A stretch of DNA of 64,000 nucleotides from Gammaproteobacteria bacterium (GCA_963694095.1 CAVOCG010000001.1:9663-73662), one strand, 5' to 3'. Counted from the first letter of the stretch, positions 1 to 12,026 are shown. Program-made: numbers and translations. Notes: generated from the letters alone by a model not told the origin.

Positions 1-42
1 TTATTATCTTTCCAATCAGTTATTGAATCTTTGTAATAACTG

Positions 43-429
43 TTATACACGTCGCTTCTTTGGTGGCCTACAGCCATTATGTGGAATCGGGGTTACATCA
101 GTAATGTTACTAACTTTCAACCCACAGGTATTAAGTGCTCGTACTGCAGACTCTCGACCTGGTCCTGGACCATTAATCTTGACATCAAGATTCTGCAATC
201 CATACAGCTCCATAGCTGACTTTCCTGCTTTCTCTGCCGCAACCTGAGCTGCGAAAGGCGTACTTTTTCTTGAACCCCTGAAACCGGAACCACCCGCAGT
301 CGCCCAACTCAACGCATTGCCTTGACGATCTGTTATCGTAATGATGGTGTTATTGAATGATGCATGCACGAATGCAATACCATCAATAACCGCTTTACGC
401 GTTTTCTTCTTGGTTGCTGGTTTGACCAT
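43..429 (-). CDS. rpsK: 30S ribosomal protein S11
   Basis: 128-aa ORF with typical S11 sequence ([34 protein letters not shown]). Follows rpsM as in the alpha operon. Confidence 0.97.
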   Translation of the reverse strand: MVKPATKKKTRKAVIDGIAFVHASFNNTIITITDRQGNALSWATAGGSGFRGSRKSTPFAAQVAAEKAGKSAMELYGLQNLDVKINGPGPGRESAVRALNTCGLKVSNITDVTPIPHNGCRPPKKRRV

Positions 430-499
430 AAGTTATTCCATTTATTCCTTAAAGTTCTCCGATCAAGTCGTACTTGCACGAAGTGAAGAATTCTCACTA

Positions 500-856
500 C
501 TATTTACGTATCGGTTTACGTGGTCCCTTGCGGGTTCTTGCATTAGTTTTAGTACGCTGCCCTCTTACCGGTAAAGAGCGGCGATGACGAATACCCCGGT
601 TACAACCCAGGTCCATCAGTCGCTTAATATTCATTGAAATTTCTCGTCGCAAATCACCTTCGATAGGCAATTTGGCAACTTCGGCACGAACATCATCCAA
701 CTGCTCTGTGCTCAACTCAATGGTTTTTGTGGAGGGTGTGATACCAGTCCTCTCACAGATGGCTTGCGCCGTCGTCGGCCCAATGCCGTATACATAACGT
801 AATGAAATCACGATATGCTTGCTATCTGGTATGTTGACCCCGGCAATACGTGCCAT
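500..856 (-). CDS. rpsM: 30S ribosomal protein S13
   Basis: 118 aa, starts [10 protein letters not shown] and ends in a basic tail. Canonical S13 length and order. Confidence 0.97.
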   Translation of the reverse strand: MARIAGVNIPDSKHIVISLRYVYGIGPTTAQAICERTGITPSTKTIELSTEQLDDVRAEVAKLPIEGDLRREISMNIKRLMDLGCNRGIRHRRSLPVRGQRTKTNARTRKGPRKPIRK

Positions 857-1004
857 AACCTCACTCCAAGTTTTCTTTGTTTCAGTATTTAACTGATAAC
901 CTAAATAATTGCTGCCTTAGCTAATTTTATTTGTAAGCATCGAGAGCTGCATGAAATAAGGGCACAGTACGTAAAAGCAGGCCTAATAAAACACCCCGCC
1001 AAAC

Positions 1005-1121
1005 TTAACCTTGCCGTTGTTTGTGTCGGGGTTCAGCCTTGCAAATCACCCTTACAGTCCCGTTACGCTTAATCACTTTACAGTTACGGCAAATTTTCTT
1101 AACGGAAGCTCGAACTTTCAC
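1005..1121 (-). CDS. rpmJ: 50S ribosomal protein L36
   Basis: Absent from the ORF track (<60 aa). Minus-strand GTG to TAA, 38 codons: [38 protein letters not shown]. This is canonical L36 with a zinc-ribbon Cys/His pattern, between secY and rpsM. Confidence 0.92.
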   Translation of the reverse strand: MKVRASVKKICRNCKVIKRNGTVRVICKAEPRHKQRQG

Positions 1122-1159
1122 TTTTTCTCTCCACTCTATTGGCAATTAACGTACACTTA

Positions 1160-2485
1160 CTAAATACCACTGCGGCCGTAGTTGCCCAATTTGGACTTCT
1201 TCATCAAACCATCATACTGATGAGACATCAGATGGGATTGCACCTGAGACCAGAAATCCATAGTTACCACTACCGAAATCAGTAGTGCAGTGCCTCCAAG
1301 ATTGAATGGTACGCTTGCGAGCATTTGAACAAAATTTGGCAGCAGGCAAACCAGTGTTATGTATATCGCACCAAACATGGTTAATCTCGTTATTACACCA
1401 TCGATATATTTAGCAGTTTGCTCACCTGGTCGAATTCCAGGAATAAATGCGCCAGATCGTCGTAAATTCTCTGCCACATCCCGCGGATTGAAAACCAATG
1501 CTGTATAAAAGAAACAGAAGAAGATAATCATGGCGCTAAAAATAATAATATACAGCGGTTGCCCCGGACCGATCATTAACGCCAGATCCTGCAGCCATTC
1601 GGCACCCTCAGATTGCCCAAACCACTGCCCCAGTGAAGCAGGAAATAGCAGAATGCTGCTGGCAAAAATTGCTGGAATTACACCAGCCATATTAATCTTG
1701 AGTGGCAAATGGCTTGCCTGTGCTTGATAGAGTTTTCTACCCTGCTGCCGTTTTGCGTAATTAACCGTAATTCGACGTTGAGCGCGCTCAATGTAGACGA
1801 TGCATGCCACTACGCAAATTGCCAAAACACCAACCACTAATAATAATATCCCATTGATTTGGCCTTCATAGGCTTGGGTCAGGGAAGTGCCTATCGCTGC
1901 CGGAAATCCAGCGACGATACCAGCGAAAATCAGCATGGATATCCCGTTGCCAATCCCCTTCTCGGTAATTTGTTCCCCTAACCACATTAAAAACATAGCC
2001 CCGGTTACCAGCGATATAATAGCCGTCAGATTAAAAGCAATGCCTGGATTAATAGCCATCGGAGCAAGTAAACCAACCGTCATTCCAGTGCCCTGAAACG
2101 TAGCTAAAACCAGGGCGCCATAGCGCGTGTATTGGGTGATTTTACGCCGGCCCGACTCGCCCTCTTTCTTTAATTGGTCCAACTGCGGGCTCACAGCAGA
2201 TAGTAGCTGCATGATAATGGACGCCGAAATATAAGGCATAATGCCCAATGCAACGATACTCATTCGTTCCAGTGCTCCGCCGGAAAACATATTGAACAGA
2301 CCAAGGAATGTCTCTTCGTTCTGATCAAAAAATGAAGCAAGCTGCAACGGATCGATTCCAGGCACCGGAATATGCGTCCCGATCCTATAAACGAATAATG
2401 CAAACATCAAAAATAGCAGACGTGCCTTGAGCTCACCCAAGCCGGCGCCGATATTTTCTGGATTAATGTTTGGTTTCTTAGCCAT
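1160..2485 (-). CDS. secY: Preprotein translocase subunit SecY
   Basis: 441 aa, polytopic, with SecY-typical sequence ([23 protein letters not shown]). Located at the end of the spc operon. Confidence 0.97.
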   Translation of the reverse strand: MAKKPNINPENIGAGLGELKARLLFLMFALFVYRIGTHIPVPGIDPLQLASFFDQNEETFLGLFNMFSGGALERMSIVALGIMPYISASIIMQLLSAVSPQLDQLKKEGESGRRKITQYTRYGALVLATFQGTGMTVGLLAPMAINPGIAFNLTAIISLVTGAMFLMWLGEQITEKGIGNGISMLIFAGIVAGFPAAIGTSLTQAYEGQINGILLLVVGVLAICVVACIVYIERAQRRITVNYAKRQQGRKLYQAQASHLPLKINMAGVIPAIFASSILLFPASLGQWFGQSEGAEWLQDLALMIGPGQPLYIIIFSAMIIFFCFFYTALVFNPRDVAENLRRSGAFIPGIRPGEQTAKYIDGVITRLTMFGAIYITLVCLLPNFVQMLASVPFNLGGTALLISVVVTMDFWSQVQSHLMSHQYDGLMKKSKLGNYGRSGI

Positions 2486-2512
2486 TTTATTCTATTAACT
2501 GAATTAGCTTAA

Positions 2513-3193
2513 CTATTCCTCAGATCCACTTTCGTCTGAAATTTTCTCTTCCGTTTCTGGTGCTGGTTCGGTGCCCTTAACCTTGGCTGCAGGTTTAGGT
2601 TTAGATTTAGATTTAGATTTAGATTTAGGTTCTGCTTTTGGCTTGGCTTCTACTTTTGGCTTGGCTTCTGTTTTTGCTTTTGCTTTTGCTTTTGTTTTTT
2701 CTTTAGGCGACTCAGTCCTTGCTTCTTTTTTGACCAACTTGCCTTTAACCGAAACTTCCTCTTCTACAATCTTGCCACCCGCCGCTTCAATTGCTGCACG
2801 AGCACCCTTAGTTACACCAATACCCTTAAGTGTAACTGCCTTTGTTACATCACCAGAAAGCATTACTTTTACTCGCTTTATACCTACGGTAATCAAGTTT
2901 GCCTTACGCAGGGCCTCAACATCGATTACGTCTGCTGCGACCTTATTTAATTCAGAAGTGCGCACCTCGGCTGTTATTCTGCCAACACGTGAGCTAAAGC
3001 CAAATTTTGGCAACCGTATCTGCAATGGCATTTGACCACCTTCAAACCCAGGCCGAATTGAGCCTCCGCTACGAGATTTTTGGCCTTTATGGCCAGTGCC
3101 ACAGGTTTTCCCCCAGCCACTACCAATACCACGTCCGACTCGCTTTTTAGCTTTGGTACTGCCCGCTGCCGGACTTAGTGAATTCAGTTCCAT
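2513..3193 (-). CDS. rplO: 50S ribosomal protein L15 with ~80-aa Lys/Ala/Pro/Glu-rich C-terminal extension
   Basis: The N-terminal ~145 aa are canonical L15 ([31 protein letters not shown]). The ORF then continues in frame for ~80 low-complexity residues ([34 protein letters not shown]...). Confidence 0.9.
   Translation of the reverse strand: MELNSLSPAAGSTKAKKRVGRGIGSGWGKTCGTGHKGQKSRSGGSIRPGFEGGQMPLQIRLPKFGFSSRVGRITAEVRTSELNKVAADVIDVEALRKANLITVGIKRVKVMLSGDVTKAVTLKGIGVTKGARAAIEAAGGKIVEEEVSVKGKLVKKEARTESPKEKTKAKAKAKTEAKPKVEAKPKAEPKSKSKSKSKPKPAAKVKGTEPAPETEEKISDESGSEE
2594..2695. repeat. Coding micro/minisatellites inside the rplO tail
   Basis: Six TTTAGA/TTTAGG units at 2594-2629. The 16-nt TTTTGGCTTGGCTTCT occurs at 2636-2651 and again at 2654-2669. 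TTTTGC is repeated in tandem at ~2670-2695. Confidence 0.9.
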
Positions 3194-3196
3194 AAT

Positions 3197-3385
3197 TTAA
3201 CCCTCACCATCTACGGTAAGCATGTGTCGGACTTTGTTGATCATGCCACGAACCGCAGGCGTATCTTCCACTTCAACACTCTGGTGCATGCGTTTCAAAC
3301 CCAAACCTTTCACACAAAGCTTGTGCTTGGGAAGCGAGCCAATGGGGCTTCGTAGCAAAGTTATCTTGACGTTCTTCTTAGCCAT
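3197..3385 (-). CDS. rpmD: 50S ribosomal protein L30
   Basis: 62 aa, [16 protein letters not shown]. Order is rpsE-rpmD-rplO. Confidence 0.95.
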   Translation of the reverse strand: MAKKNVKITLLRSPIGSLPKHKLCVKGLGLKRMHQSVEVEDTPAVRGMINKVRHMLTVDGEG

Positions 3386-3389
3386 GTTG

Positions 3390-3899
3390 CTAACCTAAAA
3401 TCTCTTCTACTGTTTTACCGCGCTTCGCCGCGACATCGTCTGGGGAGTGCATACTTCGCAAACCCTCAAAAGTTGCTCTGACTACATTCACTGGGTTGGT
3501 TGAGCCATAGCATTTTGCCAATACATTCTGAACTCCAGCCAACTCCAATATTGCGCGCATAGCGCCACCAGCAATTATACCAGTACCCTCAGATGCTGGT
3601 TGCATATAAACTTTCGACGCACCATGCCGAGCTTTAATAGGGTATTGCAAAGTATGTCCATCCAGCTGCACACTAATCATGTTCCGGCGTGCGGACTCCA
3701 TAGCTTTCTGTATCGCCAAAGGAACTTCTCGTGCTTTACCACGCCCAAATCCGATCCGTCCGTTACCATCACCGACAGCCGTTAAAGCAGTAAATCCGAA
3801 GATACGACCACCTTTCACTACTTTGGCTACCCGGTTCACCTGGATCAGCTTTTCCTGTAGTCCTTCTTCATTCTTTTTTGGATCGTTGTTAAATACCAT
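3390..3899 (-). CDS. rpsE: 30S ribosomal protein S5
   Basis: 169 aa with S5 motifs ([23 protein letters not shown]). Confidence 0.97.
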   Translation of the reverse strand: MVFNNDPKKNEEGLQEKLIQVNRVAKVVKGGRIFGFTALTAVGDGNGRIGFGRGKAREVPLAIQKAMESARRNMISVQLDGHTLQYPIKARHGASKVYMQPASEGTGIIAGGAMRAILELAGVQNVLAKCYGSTNPVNVVRATFEGLRSMHSPDDVAAKRGKTVEEILG

Positions 3900-3909
3900 C
3901 TCTTAACCC

Positions 3910-4260
3910 TTAAAATTCCAGACCGCCTTCTCTTGCTGCTTCAGCCAAGGCTTTAACCCGACCATGATAAGCATAACCTGACCGATCAAAAGCAACTTTG
4001 CTTACACCAGCCGCCTTAGCACGCTCAGCTATAATTGTTCCAATCTTAGTGGCTGCTTCAATATTGCCCGTCTTGTCAGCTTTAACTGATTTATCAACAG
4101 TTGAGGCACTCGCTAACACTTCATGTCCGTTTGGCGAAATTATTTGCGCATAAATGTGCCTCGGCGAGCGATACACGCACAAGCGGTTAACTCGCAACTC
4201 ACTGATTTTTGCTCTTGTTCGTTTTGCACGTCGTATACGCGCCTGTTTCTTAACGTTCAT
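3910..4260 (-). CDS. rplR: 50S ribosomal protein L18
   Basis: 116 aa, [16 protein letters not shown] and [16 protein letters not shown]. Confidence 0.97.
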   Translation of the reverse strand: MNVKKQARIRRAKRTRAKISELRVNRLCVYRSPRHIYAQIISPNGHEVLASASTVDKSVKADKTGNIEAATKIGTIIAERAKAAGVSKVAFDRSGYAYHGRVKALAEAAREGGLEF

Positions 4261-4270
4261 AAATCAAGCC

Positions 4271-4804
4271 TTATTTCTTCTTCGCTTCTTTTCTGTACAC
4301 ACGTTCATCGACGTATCGGATACCCTTGCCTTTGTAAGGCTCTGGTGGACGAAACTCTCTGATCTCTGCCGCGACCTGACCTACTTGTTGTTTATCAACA
4401 CCAGAGATAACTATTTCTGTCTGTGAAGGCGTTTCTGCTGTAACACCTTCTGGTAATTTATAGTCAATCGGGTGTGAATATCCAACAGTAATATTTACAC
4501 TCTTTCCTTGCGCCTTGGCCCGATAACCGACACCTTGTAATTCGAGTTTCTTTACAAAACCCTCGGTCACACCTATAACCATGTTATTTACCAACGACCG
4601 AAATGTGCCAGCTAAAGCATTTGCTTGGCGCGAGGTGTTTTTGGCTGAAACCTTCAGCTGTTCACCATCTTGTGCAATAGCTATCAAATCATGCAACACC
4701 AGATTCAGGCTACCTTTACTACCTTTCACTGATATTTCCGTTTCAGACAAATTTGCCTCAACACCTTTTGGTATTGAAACTGGGACGTTAGCTACTCTAG
4801 ACAT
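4271..4804 (-). CDS. rplF: 50S ribosomal protein L6
   Basis: 177 aa, starts MSRVANVPVSIPKGVE and contains GYRA. Confidence 0.97.
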   Translation of the reverse strand: MSRVANVPVSIPKGVEANLSETEISVKGSKGSLNLVLHDLIAIAQDGEQLKVSAKNTSRQANALAGTFRSLVNNMVIGVTEGFVKKLELQGVGYRAKAQGKSVNITVGYSHPIDYKLPEGVTAETPSQTEIVISGVDKQQVGQVAAEIREFRPPEPYKGKGIRYVDERVYRKEAKKK

Positions 4805-4839
4805 ATCTATACTCTACTTAAAATCTCGAATCTGTTCTT

Positions 4840-5235
4840 CTAGAAAACAGTACATAAAATTTCGCCACCGATACCAGCAGCTTCGGCTTGCCTATTAGTC
4901 ATCAAGCCTTTGTTTGTGGACAAAATTGATATACCCAACCCAGCTCTGTTACCCGGTATGTCTGCCTTTCCTTTATAAAGTCTAAGGCCAGGTCGACTTA
5001 CTCGCTTAATTTCTTCAATGACTGGCTTGCCCTGAAAATATTTCAGCTCAATATTGAGAACGGACTTGCTATTTATTTCTTCAACGCCATAACCGGTTAT
5101 ATAACCTTCTTCTTCAAGTACCTTGCTTATCGCAACCTTAACCTTTGAAGAGGGGCAAGTCATCGTGGGCAATTGAGCCATTTGTGCATTTCTTATGCGA
5201 GTTAACAAATCTGCTATAGGGTCTGACATACTCAT
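4840..5235 (-). CDS. rpsH: 30S ribosomal protein S8
   Basis: Start moved to the internal Met ([17 protein letters not shown]), which matches the canonical S8 N-terminus and ~130-aa length. Confidence 0.95.
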   Translation of the reverse strand: MSMSDPIADLLTRIRNAQMAQLPTMTCPSSKVKVAISKVLEEEGYITGYGVEEINSKSVLNIELKYFQGKPVIEEIKRVSRPGLRLYKGKADIPGNRAGLGISILSTNKGLMTNRQAEAAGIGGEILCTVF

Positions 5236-5249
5236 AATTTTTCTTCCAA

Positions 5250-5555
5250 CTACCAACTTGCCTTAGTCAGGCCAGGAATATCGCCACGCATTGCCGCTTC
5301 GCGTAATTTGTTGCGACATAAACGAAATTTTCTATAAACACCGTGTGGACGACCAGTTATCTGGCAACGATTCCGCTGACGAACAGGGCTAGCATCTCGA
5401 GGTAGCTTTTGAAGCTTTATCTGTGCATCCCATTTATCTTCGTCGCTGGCATTAAGGTCGTTTAAAACTACTTTCATTGCAGCTCGTTTAGCCGCATATT
5501 TTTCAACCAATTGTGCTCGTTTTTTTTCGCGAGCAATCATTGAGGATTTAGCCAT
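5250..5555 (-). CDS. rpsN: 30S ribosomal protein S14
   Basis: Start at [13 protein letters not shown] gives 101 aa, the E. coli S14 length. C-terminus is ..[11 protein letters not shown]. Confidence 0.95.
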   Translation of the reverse strand: MAKSSMIAREKKRAQLVEKYAAKRAAMKVVLNDLNASDEDKWDAQIKLQKLPRDASPVRQRNRCQITGRPHGVYRKFRLCRNKLREAAMRGDIPGLTKASW

Positions 5556-5556
5556 T

Positions 5557-6120
5557 CTAAGACTCCTTCGCATTCGCAGCGGGTCGCCTGAATGGGAAGC
5601 GCATAGCCGTTAACAAAGCACGTCCTTCTTCATCACTTTTCGCTGTAGTAGTAATTGTAATATCCAGCCCGCGCAAAGCGTCGATTTTATCGTAATCGAT
5701 CTCTGGAAAAATAATTTGTTCGGTTACACCCATCGCAAAATTACCTCTGCCATCGAATGCTTTAGGACTTAACCCTCTAAAGTCTCTGATTCGAGGAATT
5801 GCTATACTTACAAGACGCTCCAAAAATTCATACATCCGTTCGCCACGCAATGTCACTTTACAACCTACTGGCCAACCTGCTCTGATCTTAAATCCCGCAA
5901 TGGATCTCCGAGCATTCGTAACAACAACTTTTTGTCCGCTGATAAGACTTAAATCGTTGGTTGCGGCTTCCAGCACTTTCTTGTCAGAAACTGCCTCACC
6001 TAAGCCCATATTCAGGACTACTTTAGTGATTTTCGGCACCCGCATGGGATTATCGTAACCAAATTCTTTGGATAACGATGGAATTACTTCTTGTTTGTAA
6101 AACTCTCTAAACTGAGCCAT
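5557..6120 (-). CDS. rplE: 50S ribosomal protein L5
   Basis: ATG at 6120 ([12 protein letters not shown]) is preferred over the TTG at 6129. Contains the L5 motif LNMGLGEA. Confidence 0.95.
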   Translation of the reverse strand: MAQFREFYKQEVIPSLSKEFGYDNPMRVPKITKVVLNMGLGEAVSDKKVLEAATNDLSLISGQKVVVTNARRSIAGFKIRAGWPVGCKVTLRGERMYEFLERLVSIAIPRIRDFRGLSPKAFDGRGNFAMGVTEQIIFPEIDYDKIDALRGLDITITTTAKSDEEGRALLTAMRFPFRRPAANAKES

Positions 6121-6140
6121 TGTTGGCAACCTAAATGCTG

Positions 6141-6455
6141 TTAGTCAATTTCTTGATTATTTGATTTGAAGACTCGCTTTTTAGTGCCGTCTTCTGCTTC
6201 TTCAATTCCCACTCTATCCGCTTTGCTAGTTCCCGGATTAAATATGGCTATATTAGAAACACTTATAGCCGCCTCTTGCTCAATAATTCCGCCAGGCTGT
6301 CCCAGGTTTGGATTTGGTTTCGTGTGACGTTTAACCATATTCACACCAGAGACAAGTGCTTTTTCGCCTCCCACCAATCGAGTAATAGTTCCACGTTTAC
6401 CTTTGTCTTTGCCTGTGATCACAATCACTTCATCATCACTTTTTAATTTGCGCAT
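6141..6455 (-). CDS. rplX: 50S ribosomal protein L24
   Basis: 104 aa with a KOW motif ([13 protein letters not shown]). Confidence 0.96.
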   Translation of the reverse strand: MRKLKSDDEVIVITGKDKGKRGTITRLVGGEKALVSGVNMVKRHTKPNPNLGQPGGIIEQEAAISVSNIAIFNPGTSKADRVGIEEAEDGTKKRVFKSNNQEID

Positions 6456-6490
6456 TTTGTGGCTCTTTCCTCTATCACTTAATCTGATTC

Positions 6491-6859
6491 TTAAAGCACT
6501 TCTGGTGCCAACGAAATAATTCGCATGAATTTTTCGTTTCTCAATTCACGTGTAACTGGCCCGAATACGCGTGTACCAATTGGCGCGTCCTGGTTGTTTA
6601 GAAGAATCGCGGCATTGTCATCAAAACGAATCGATGATCCATCGCCCCTTCTTACCCCCTTCTTTGTCCGTACTACCAATGCTGTCAATACCTGTCCTTT
6701 TTTTACCTTTCCCCGTGGAATGGCTTCCTTCACTGATACCTTAATAACATCGCCAATGCGTGCGTAACGACGGTGAGATCCGCCAAGCACCTTGATACAC
6801 ATTACACGTCTCGCACCACTATTGTCTGCGACATCTAAATACGACTGTACTTGAATCAT
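6491..6859 (-). CDS. rplN: 50S ribosomal protein L14
   Basis: Start at [17 protein letters not shown] gives 122 aa, a canonical L14. Confidence 0.96.
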   Translation of the reverse strand: MIQVQSYLDVADNSGARRVMCIKVLGGSHRRYARIGDVIKVSVKEAIPRGKVKKGQVLTALVVRTKKGVRRGDGSSIRFDDNAAILLNNQDAPIGTRVFGPVTRELRNEKFMRIISLAPEVL

Positions 6860-6920
6860 TGATCCGCTCCATCTCGCAATCTCCCATTGGGGGATTACCA
6901 GCACTTCCACTAAAATATTG

Positions 6921-7196
6921 CTAAATTTGAGTCGCTCTCACGTCTATCGAAACCAAAGACCATGACTTGGTTTTAGAAATCGGGCGAACTTCCATAATTG
7001 TTACTTCATCACCTGGTAAACAGTCATTATTTGCATCGTGCGCATGGATTTTAGTCGAACGCTTCATATATTTGCCGTAAACAGGGTGTTTAACAGTTCG
7101 TTCTACCAACACAACAATGGATTTATCCATACCACTGCTTACAACTTTGCCAGAAGTTGTTCGTGCGCGTTTTTCATGGTTTTCACTAGCTGACAT
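6921..7196 (-). CDS. rpsQ: 30S ribosomal protein S17
   Basis: ATG at 7196 is preferred over the TTG at 7202. Contains [25 protein letters not shown]. Confidence 0.94.
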   Translation of the reverse strand: MSASENHEKRARTTSGKVVSSGMDKSIVVLVERTVKHPVYGKYMKRSTKIHAHDANNDCLPGDEVTIMEVRPISKTKSWSLVSIDVRATQI

Positions 7197-7198
7197 AT

Positions 7199-7396
7199 TC
7201 AAGATCCAGTTTTCTGTTTTTCAGTAATTATCGTCTTTACTCGGGCAATATCTCTTTTCACCGTGTTTACCATGTGAACTTGAGCTAACTGACCAGTACT
7301 ATTTTGCATACGGTAATTGAACCGATCTTTATACAGTTCTTGCAATTGTCCGTGCAGTTCCTCAACTGATTTTTCACGTAGTTCACTAGCTTTCAT
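7199..7396 (-). CDS. rpmC: 50S ribosomal protein L29
   Basis: 65 aa, [14 protein letters not shown]. Confidence 0.95.
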   Translation of the reverse strand: MKASELREKSVEELHGQLQELYKDRFNYRMQNSTGQLAQVHMVNTVKRDIARVKTIITEKQKTGS

Positions 7397-7809
7397 TACA
7401 TAATCGTCCGCTTAACAAATGTTGTCTCGAATGGCAGTTTTGACGCAGCTAAACTAAAGGCTTCGCGTGCCGTCTTTTCGTCAATACCGTCGATTTCGAA
7501 CATAATTCGGCCGGGCTGAATCTGGGCAACCCAGTACTCAACATTACCCTTGCCCTTACCCTGCCTGACTTCTAATGGCTTCTGCGTGATAGGCTTATCC
7601 GGGAACACCCGAATCCATATCTTACCCCCACGTTTTACATGCCGGGTCATGGCTCGGCGTGCTGCTTCGATCTGACGCGCGGTGAGCCGACCACGAGACA
7701 AAGCTTTCAGACCAAATTCTCCAAAATCTACGTTGCTCCCACGATGAGACAGCCCCCGATTACGACCTTTCATCATTTTGCGAAATTTCGTGCGTTTTGG
7801 TTGTAACAT
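7396..7809 (-). CDS. rplP: 50S ribosomal protein L16
   Basis: 137 aa, [16 protein letters not shown]. Confidence 0.97.
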   Translation of the reverse strand: MLQPKRTKFRKMMKGRNRGLSHRGSNVDFGEFGLKALSRGRLTARQIEAARRAMTRHVKRGGKIWIRVFPDKPITQKPLEVRQGKGKGNVEYWVAQIQPGRIMFEIDGIDEKTAREAFSLAASKLPFETTFVKRTIM

Positions 7810-7821
7810 CTGGCCTTACCT

Positions 7822-8499
7822 CTAATTGGATTTGGGTTGCGGTGCAGCAGTTGTTGCTACATCTTTGTCCAAATCCAGTATTTCGCCTTTGAATATCCAC
7901 ACTTTTACGCCGATCAAACCATAAGTAGTGCTAGCTTCCGACGTGGCGTAATCAATGTCTGCCCGCAATGTATGCAAAGGTACGCGACCTTCTCGGTACC
8001 ATTCAGAACGAGCAATTTCTGCACCACCGAGTCGTCCACCAACCTGTACTTTGATACCTTCCGCACCCTGGCGCATAGCATTTTGTACAGCTCGCTTCAT
8101 CGCACGTCTAAACATAACTCGTCGTTCAAGTTGCTGCGCCACACTGTCAGCAACCAATTGTGCATCAAGATCAGGCTTCCTTATTTCTTCAATATTAATT
8201 TGGGCCGAAACACCCATTTTCTCTGACAGCACTCTACGCAACACCTCTACGTCTTCACCTTTCTTGCCAATAACGATACCCGGCCGAGCTGTATAAATTG
8301 TGATTTTTGCTGTTTGTGCAGATCGCTCTATTTCTACCCGGGATACAGATGCGCTAGCTAGTTTCTTTCGGACTAAAGCCCGCACCTTCAGGTCAACCAG
8401 TAAGTTTTCCGCATACTCTTTCCCCTCAGCATACCAAACTGAAGTATGCTTCTTAACAATTCCGAGCCGAATCCCGGTTGGATGTACTTTCTGACCCAT
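7822..8499 (-). CDS. rpsC: 30S ribosomal protein S3
   Basis: 225 aa, [14 protein letters not shown] with a KH domain. Confidence 0.97.
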   Translation of the reverse strand: MGQKVHPTGIRLGIVKKHTSVWYAEGKEYAENLLVDLKVRALVRKKLASASVSRVEIERSAQTAKITIYTARPGIVIGKKGEDVEVLRRVLSEKMGVSAQINIEEIRKPDLDAQLVADSVAQQLERRVMFRRAMKRAVQNAMRQGAEGIKVQVGGRLGGAEIARSEWYREGRVPLHTLRADIDYATSEASTTYGLIGVKVWIFKGEILDLDKDVATTAAPQPKSN

Positions 8500-8508
8500 C
8501 CGAATCTC

Positions 8509-8841
8509 CTAGCTATCAGCTACTGTAATTGTTATGTGACATGAACGCTTCAGGATACGATCTGCGCGCCCCTTGGCTCTTGGCATAATTCGTTTCATTG
8601 TCATACCTTCATCAACACAAATCGTTGATATTCTTAGTTCATCCACATCCGCACCTTCATTATGCTCAGCATTAGCTATTGCAGAATTTAAGATTTTCTT
8701 GATTATTTCTGCACCTTTTTTTGAGCTATAAGTCAATAATTCCAAGGCATCCTCCACAGATTTCCCCCGAACTTGATCAGCAACTAATCTCGCCTTTTGT
8801 GCAGAGAGAAGAGCACCTTTTAATCTGGCTATTACTTCCAT
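8509..8841 (-). CDS. rplV: 50S ribosomal protein L22
   Basis: 110 aa with an L22 pattern and the expected position. Confidence 0.95.
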   Translation of the reverse strand: MEVIARLKGALLSAQKARLVADQVRGKSVEDALELLTYSSKKGAEIIKKILNSAIANAEHNEGADVDELRISTICVDEGMTMKRIMPRAKGRADRILKRSCHITITVADS

Positions 8842-8856
8842 CTCATTCCCCTCCGA

Positions 8857-9132
8857 CTAGCCCTTCACTTTTCTATCAGCGGTATGTCCGCGATAAGTAC
8901 GTGTGATAGAAAATTCACCCAATTTATGACCAACCATATCTTCATTAACAAATACTGGCACATGCTGACGACCATTATGTACAGCGATAGTGAGACCTAT
9001 CATTTCCGGAGAAACCATTGAGCGTCTGGACCAAGTTTTTATTGGTCGCTTATCGCCTTTCCCCGCCGCGACCTGCACTTTTTTCATCAAATGGAGATCA
9101 ATGAACGGTCCTTTTTTAAGTGAACGTGGCAC
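8857..9132 (-). CDS. rpsS: 30S ribosomal protein S19
   Basis: 91 aa, [15 protein letters not shown]. Confidence 0.97.
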   Translation of the reverse strand: MPRSLKKGPFIDLHLMKKVQVAAGKGDKRPIKTWSRRSMVSPEMIGLTIAVHNGRQHVPVFVNEDMVGHKLGEFSITRTYRGHTADRKVKG

Positions 9133-9155
9133 TATTAAATTCCTCTAATCTCGTT

Positions 9156-9986
9156 TTATCGACTTGAATTTCTGCGTCGAACAATCATATTGTTGGTACG
9201 CTTATTTGTTCGTGTCTTGTAACCTTTAGTCGGTGTGCCCCAGGGTGAAACAGGGTGCCGTCCACCAGAAGTTCTGCCCTCACCACCACCATGGGGGTGG
9301 TCAACTGGATTCATCGCGACACCACGCACTGTCGGCCTGACACCTCTCCAGCGCTTGGCTCCCGCTTTGCCCAATGACCTAAGGCTATGCTCTGAGTTGG
9401 AAACCTCACCTACTGTTGCTCTGCATTCAGACAGGACCTTGCGCATCTCACCCGAACGTAATCTCAACGTTGCATATGCACCCTCGCGAGCAACCAATTG
9501 CGATGATGTACCGGCGCTGCGAGCAATTTGTGCCCCTTTGCCTGGCTTCATTTCAACACAATGCACTGTGCTACCGAGTGGGATGTTCCGCAAAGGCAAG
9601 CAATTGCCTACTTTAATCGGCGCATCCTCCCCAGAAGTCAGCACATCACCTGCACTTACGTTTGCAGGGGCTATTATGTATTTCCTTTCACCATCCCCAT
9701 AGAGCATTAAGGCAATAGTCGCGGAACGGTTCGGGTCATATTCCAGACGCTCAACCTTAGCTGGAATACCATCTTTGTCCCGTTTGAAATCGATAATCCT
9801 ATACTGTTGCTTGTGACCACCACCGGCATGACGTCGTGTTATACGCCCCTTGTTGTTTCTACCACCAGTCTTAGGTTTTGGTATCAACAAAGGCGCATAG
9901 GGTTTACCCTTGTGCAACTCAGGATTGACAACCTTAACTACAAAACGACGACCTGGAGAAGTAGGTTTACATTTTATTACAGCCAT
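9156..9986 (-). CDS. rplB: 50S ribosomal protein L2
   Basis: 276 aa, contains [16 protein letters not shown]. Confidence 0.98.
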   Translation of the reverse strand: MAVIKCKPTSPGRRFVVKVVNPELHKGKPYAPLLIPKPKTGGRNNKGRITRRHAGGGHKQQYRIIDFKRDKDGIPAKVERLEYDPNRSATIALMLYGDGERKYIIAPANVSAGDVLTSGEDAPIKVGNCLPLRNIPLGSTVHCVEMKPGKGAQIARSAGTSSQLVAREGAYATLRLRSGEMRKVLSECRATVGEVSNSEHSLRSLGKAGAKRWRGVRPTVRGVAMNPVDHPHGGGEGRTSGGRHPVSPWGTPTKGYKTRTNKRTNNMIVRRRNSSR

Positions 9987-9996
9987 TACTCGCCCC

Positions 9997-10293
9997 TTAA
10001 CCTAATTCAGCAAAGTCAATTTCATGACCCGCTTCCAGTCTTACATATGCTTTCTTCCAATTGGAGCAATGTCTCAATTTCCCTTTTGCTGTGCGCTTGG
10101 TTTTACCTTTTACATTCAGTACCTGTAGATCCTGAACGCTAACACTGAAAAGAGTCTCGACAGCTTCTCGAATCTCTGGCTTGGTAGCATTTGTGGCCAC
10201 CTTGAATGCGTATTGATTTTTTTCACCAAGCAGAGAAGTTTTCTCCGATACGTGAGGACCAAGAATTATTGAGTACATGCGCTCATGATTCAT
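9997..10293 (-). CDS. rplW: 50S ribosomal protein L23
   Basis: 98 aa in the expected position between rplD and rplB. Overlaps the rplD stop by 4 nt. Confidence 0.94.
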   Translation of the reverse strand: MNHERMYSIILGPHVSEKTSLLGEKNQYAFKVATNATKPEIREAVETLFSVSVQDLQVLNVKGKTKRTAKGKLRHCSNWKKAYVRLEAGHEIDFAELG

Positions 10294-10910
10294 GACAACA
10301 TTTCCTCCACTTTCTTTAATGCAGGAACAGTTATCAGTACTTTCTCAAAGCCAATCAAGCTCACTGGATCTAGACCAGCAACGTCAAGGACATCGACTTT
10401 GTGCAAGTTTCGAGCGGCCAGGTAAAGATTCTGCTCAATCTGATCTGATACGATCAGAACGTTGTCCAATTCGAAATCTTTTAATTTACTAATGAGGGCT
10501 TTGGTTTTGTGGGTCTCAACTGTGAATTCATTGACTACCAGTAATCTATCTTGTCTTATTAACTCGGACAGAATGCATTTCATGGCACCGCGATACATTT
10601 TCTTATTGAGTTTCTTGCTGTGATCCTGGTGCCTGGCAGCAAACGTAACACCACCACTTCGCCAGATAGGGCTTCTAATTGTTCCGGAACGAGCGCGGCC
10701 TGTTCCTTTTTGACGCCATGGCTTGCGGCCACCACCACGAACTTCAGAACGAGTCTTCTGCTTTACAGAGCCCTGTCTCGCTCCAGCGAGATAGGTAACT
10801 ACTGTTTGATGCACCAGAGGTTCGTTAAATTCTTTGGCAAAAGAATCATCTGAAATTGAAATTTTTTCTTTACCCGTCTTCTTGCCAGGCATTGCAAGGC
10901 TGAGTTCCAT
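10290..10910 (-). CDS. rplD: 50S ribosomal protein L4
   Basis: 206 aa, contains [14 protein letters not shown]. Confidence 0.96.
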   Translation of the reverse strand: MELSLAMPGKKTGKEKISISDDSFAKEFNEPLVHQTVVTYLAGARQGSVKQKTRSEVRGGGRKPWRQKGTGRARSGTIRSPIWRSGGVTFAARHQDHSKKLNKKMYRGAMKCILSELIRQDRLLVVNEFTVETHKTKALISKLKDFELDNVLIVSDQIEQNLYLAARNLHKVDVLDVAGLDPVSLIGFEKVLITVPALKKVEEMLS

Positions 10911-10911
10911 G

Positions 10912-11559
10912 CTACTTACCCCTGACTTTAACGGCTGGCCGAACTACTACATTGGATCCGGTAGCACCTGGAAGCGCACCTTTAATAAGAAGAAGATTAT
11001 TATCAAGGTCTACTCTTATTACTTCCAAACTCTGAGTGGTCTGTCTTACATTACCCATTTGTCCGGCCATCTTCTTACCTTTCCACACTCGACCCGGCGT
11101 TTGGCATTGACCAATTGAGCCCGGCGCTCTGTGGGATAGGGAGTTACCGTGAGTGGCATCTTGCATTTGGAAATTATGCCGCTTAACTCCACCCTGGAAG
11201 CCTTTACCTTTCGAAATGCCAGTCACATCAACTTTCTGGCCCTCTTCAAATACATCCACCTTAAATTCACTACCCTGGGTTAACTCTGATGTGTCTCCAG
11301 CTTCAGTACGAAATTCCCACAGACCTTCGCCCGCCTCGGTATTCGCCTTAGCAAAATGGCCAGCAAGGGCTTTACTCACTCTGGATGCCCGGCGCGCACC
11401 AGTGGTGACCTGGATGGCACTATATCCGTCATTTTCAGGAGTTTTAATTTGAGTTACCCTGTTCGGCGGCACTTCAACAACCGTTACGGGTATGGATACA
11501 CCATCTTCAGTGAAAACGCGGGTCATACCGCTTTTTCGACCGACTAAACCAATCGACAT
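10912..11559 (-). CDS. rplC: 50S ribosomal protein L3
   Basis: Start moved to [16 protein letters not shown], the canonical L3 N-terminus, giving 215 aa. Confidence 0.95.
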   Translation of the reverse strand: MSIGLVGRKSGMTRVFTEDGVSIPVTVVEVPPNRVTQIKTPENDGYSAIQVTTGARRASRVSKALAGHFAKANTEAGEGLWEFRTEAGDTSELTQGSEFKVDVFEEGQKVDVTGISKGKGFQGGVKRHNFQMQDATHGNSLSHRAPGSIGQCQTPGRVWKGKKMAGQMGNVRQTTQSLEVIRVDLDNNLLLIKGALPGATGSNVVVRPAVKVRGK

Positions 11560-11663
11560 TTTATCAACCTCATCGTGCACGGGGCTAAAACCCGCTATGG
11601 CCGCTGACGCGTTACACTATGTGTGCTACCGGTATTGGTAACAAAATTTCAGTGCGCCAAAAC

Positions 11664-11701
11664 TTTTAAAAAAGGACAAAGATGACTGAACGCTCTTTGC
11701 C
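11664..11701 (-). terminator. Intrinsic-terminator-like hairpin between rpsJ and rplC
   Basis: The minus strand reads GGCAAAGA-gcgttcagtca-TCTTTGTCC followed by TTTTTT. It lies in an unusually long 155-nt rpsJ-rplC spacer. Confidence 0.4.
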
Positions 11702-11714
11702 TGGTATTTTGTAT

Positions 11715-12026
<312 letters not shown>

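Noticed and set aside
857-1004. A possible alpha-operon promoter or S4 leader in the rpmJ-rpsM spacer.
   Set aside because: A 148-nt spacer is compatible with a leader. However, I could not identify a convincing -35/-10 pair or pseudoknot by eye, so no feature is called.
2571-3035. 154-aa plus-strand ORF antisense to rplO. Similar long antisense ORFs lie within rplB, tuf, rpsC and others (for example 9235-9702 and 12553-12987).
   Set aside because: These are shadow ORFs inside highly conserved ribosomal and EF-Tu genes. They have low-complexity or odd composition and no start context. The sense-strand genes explain the sequence fully.
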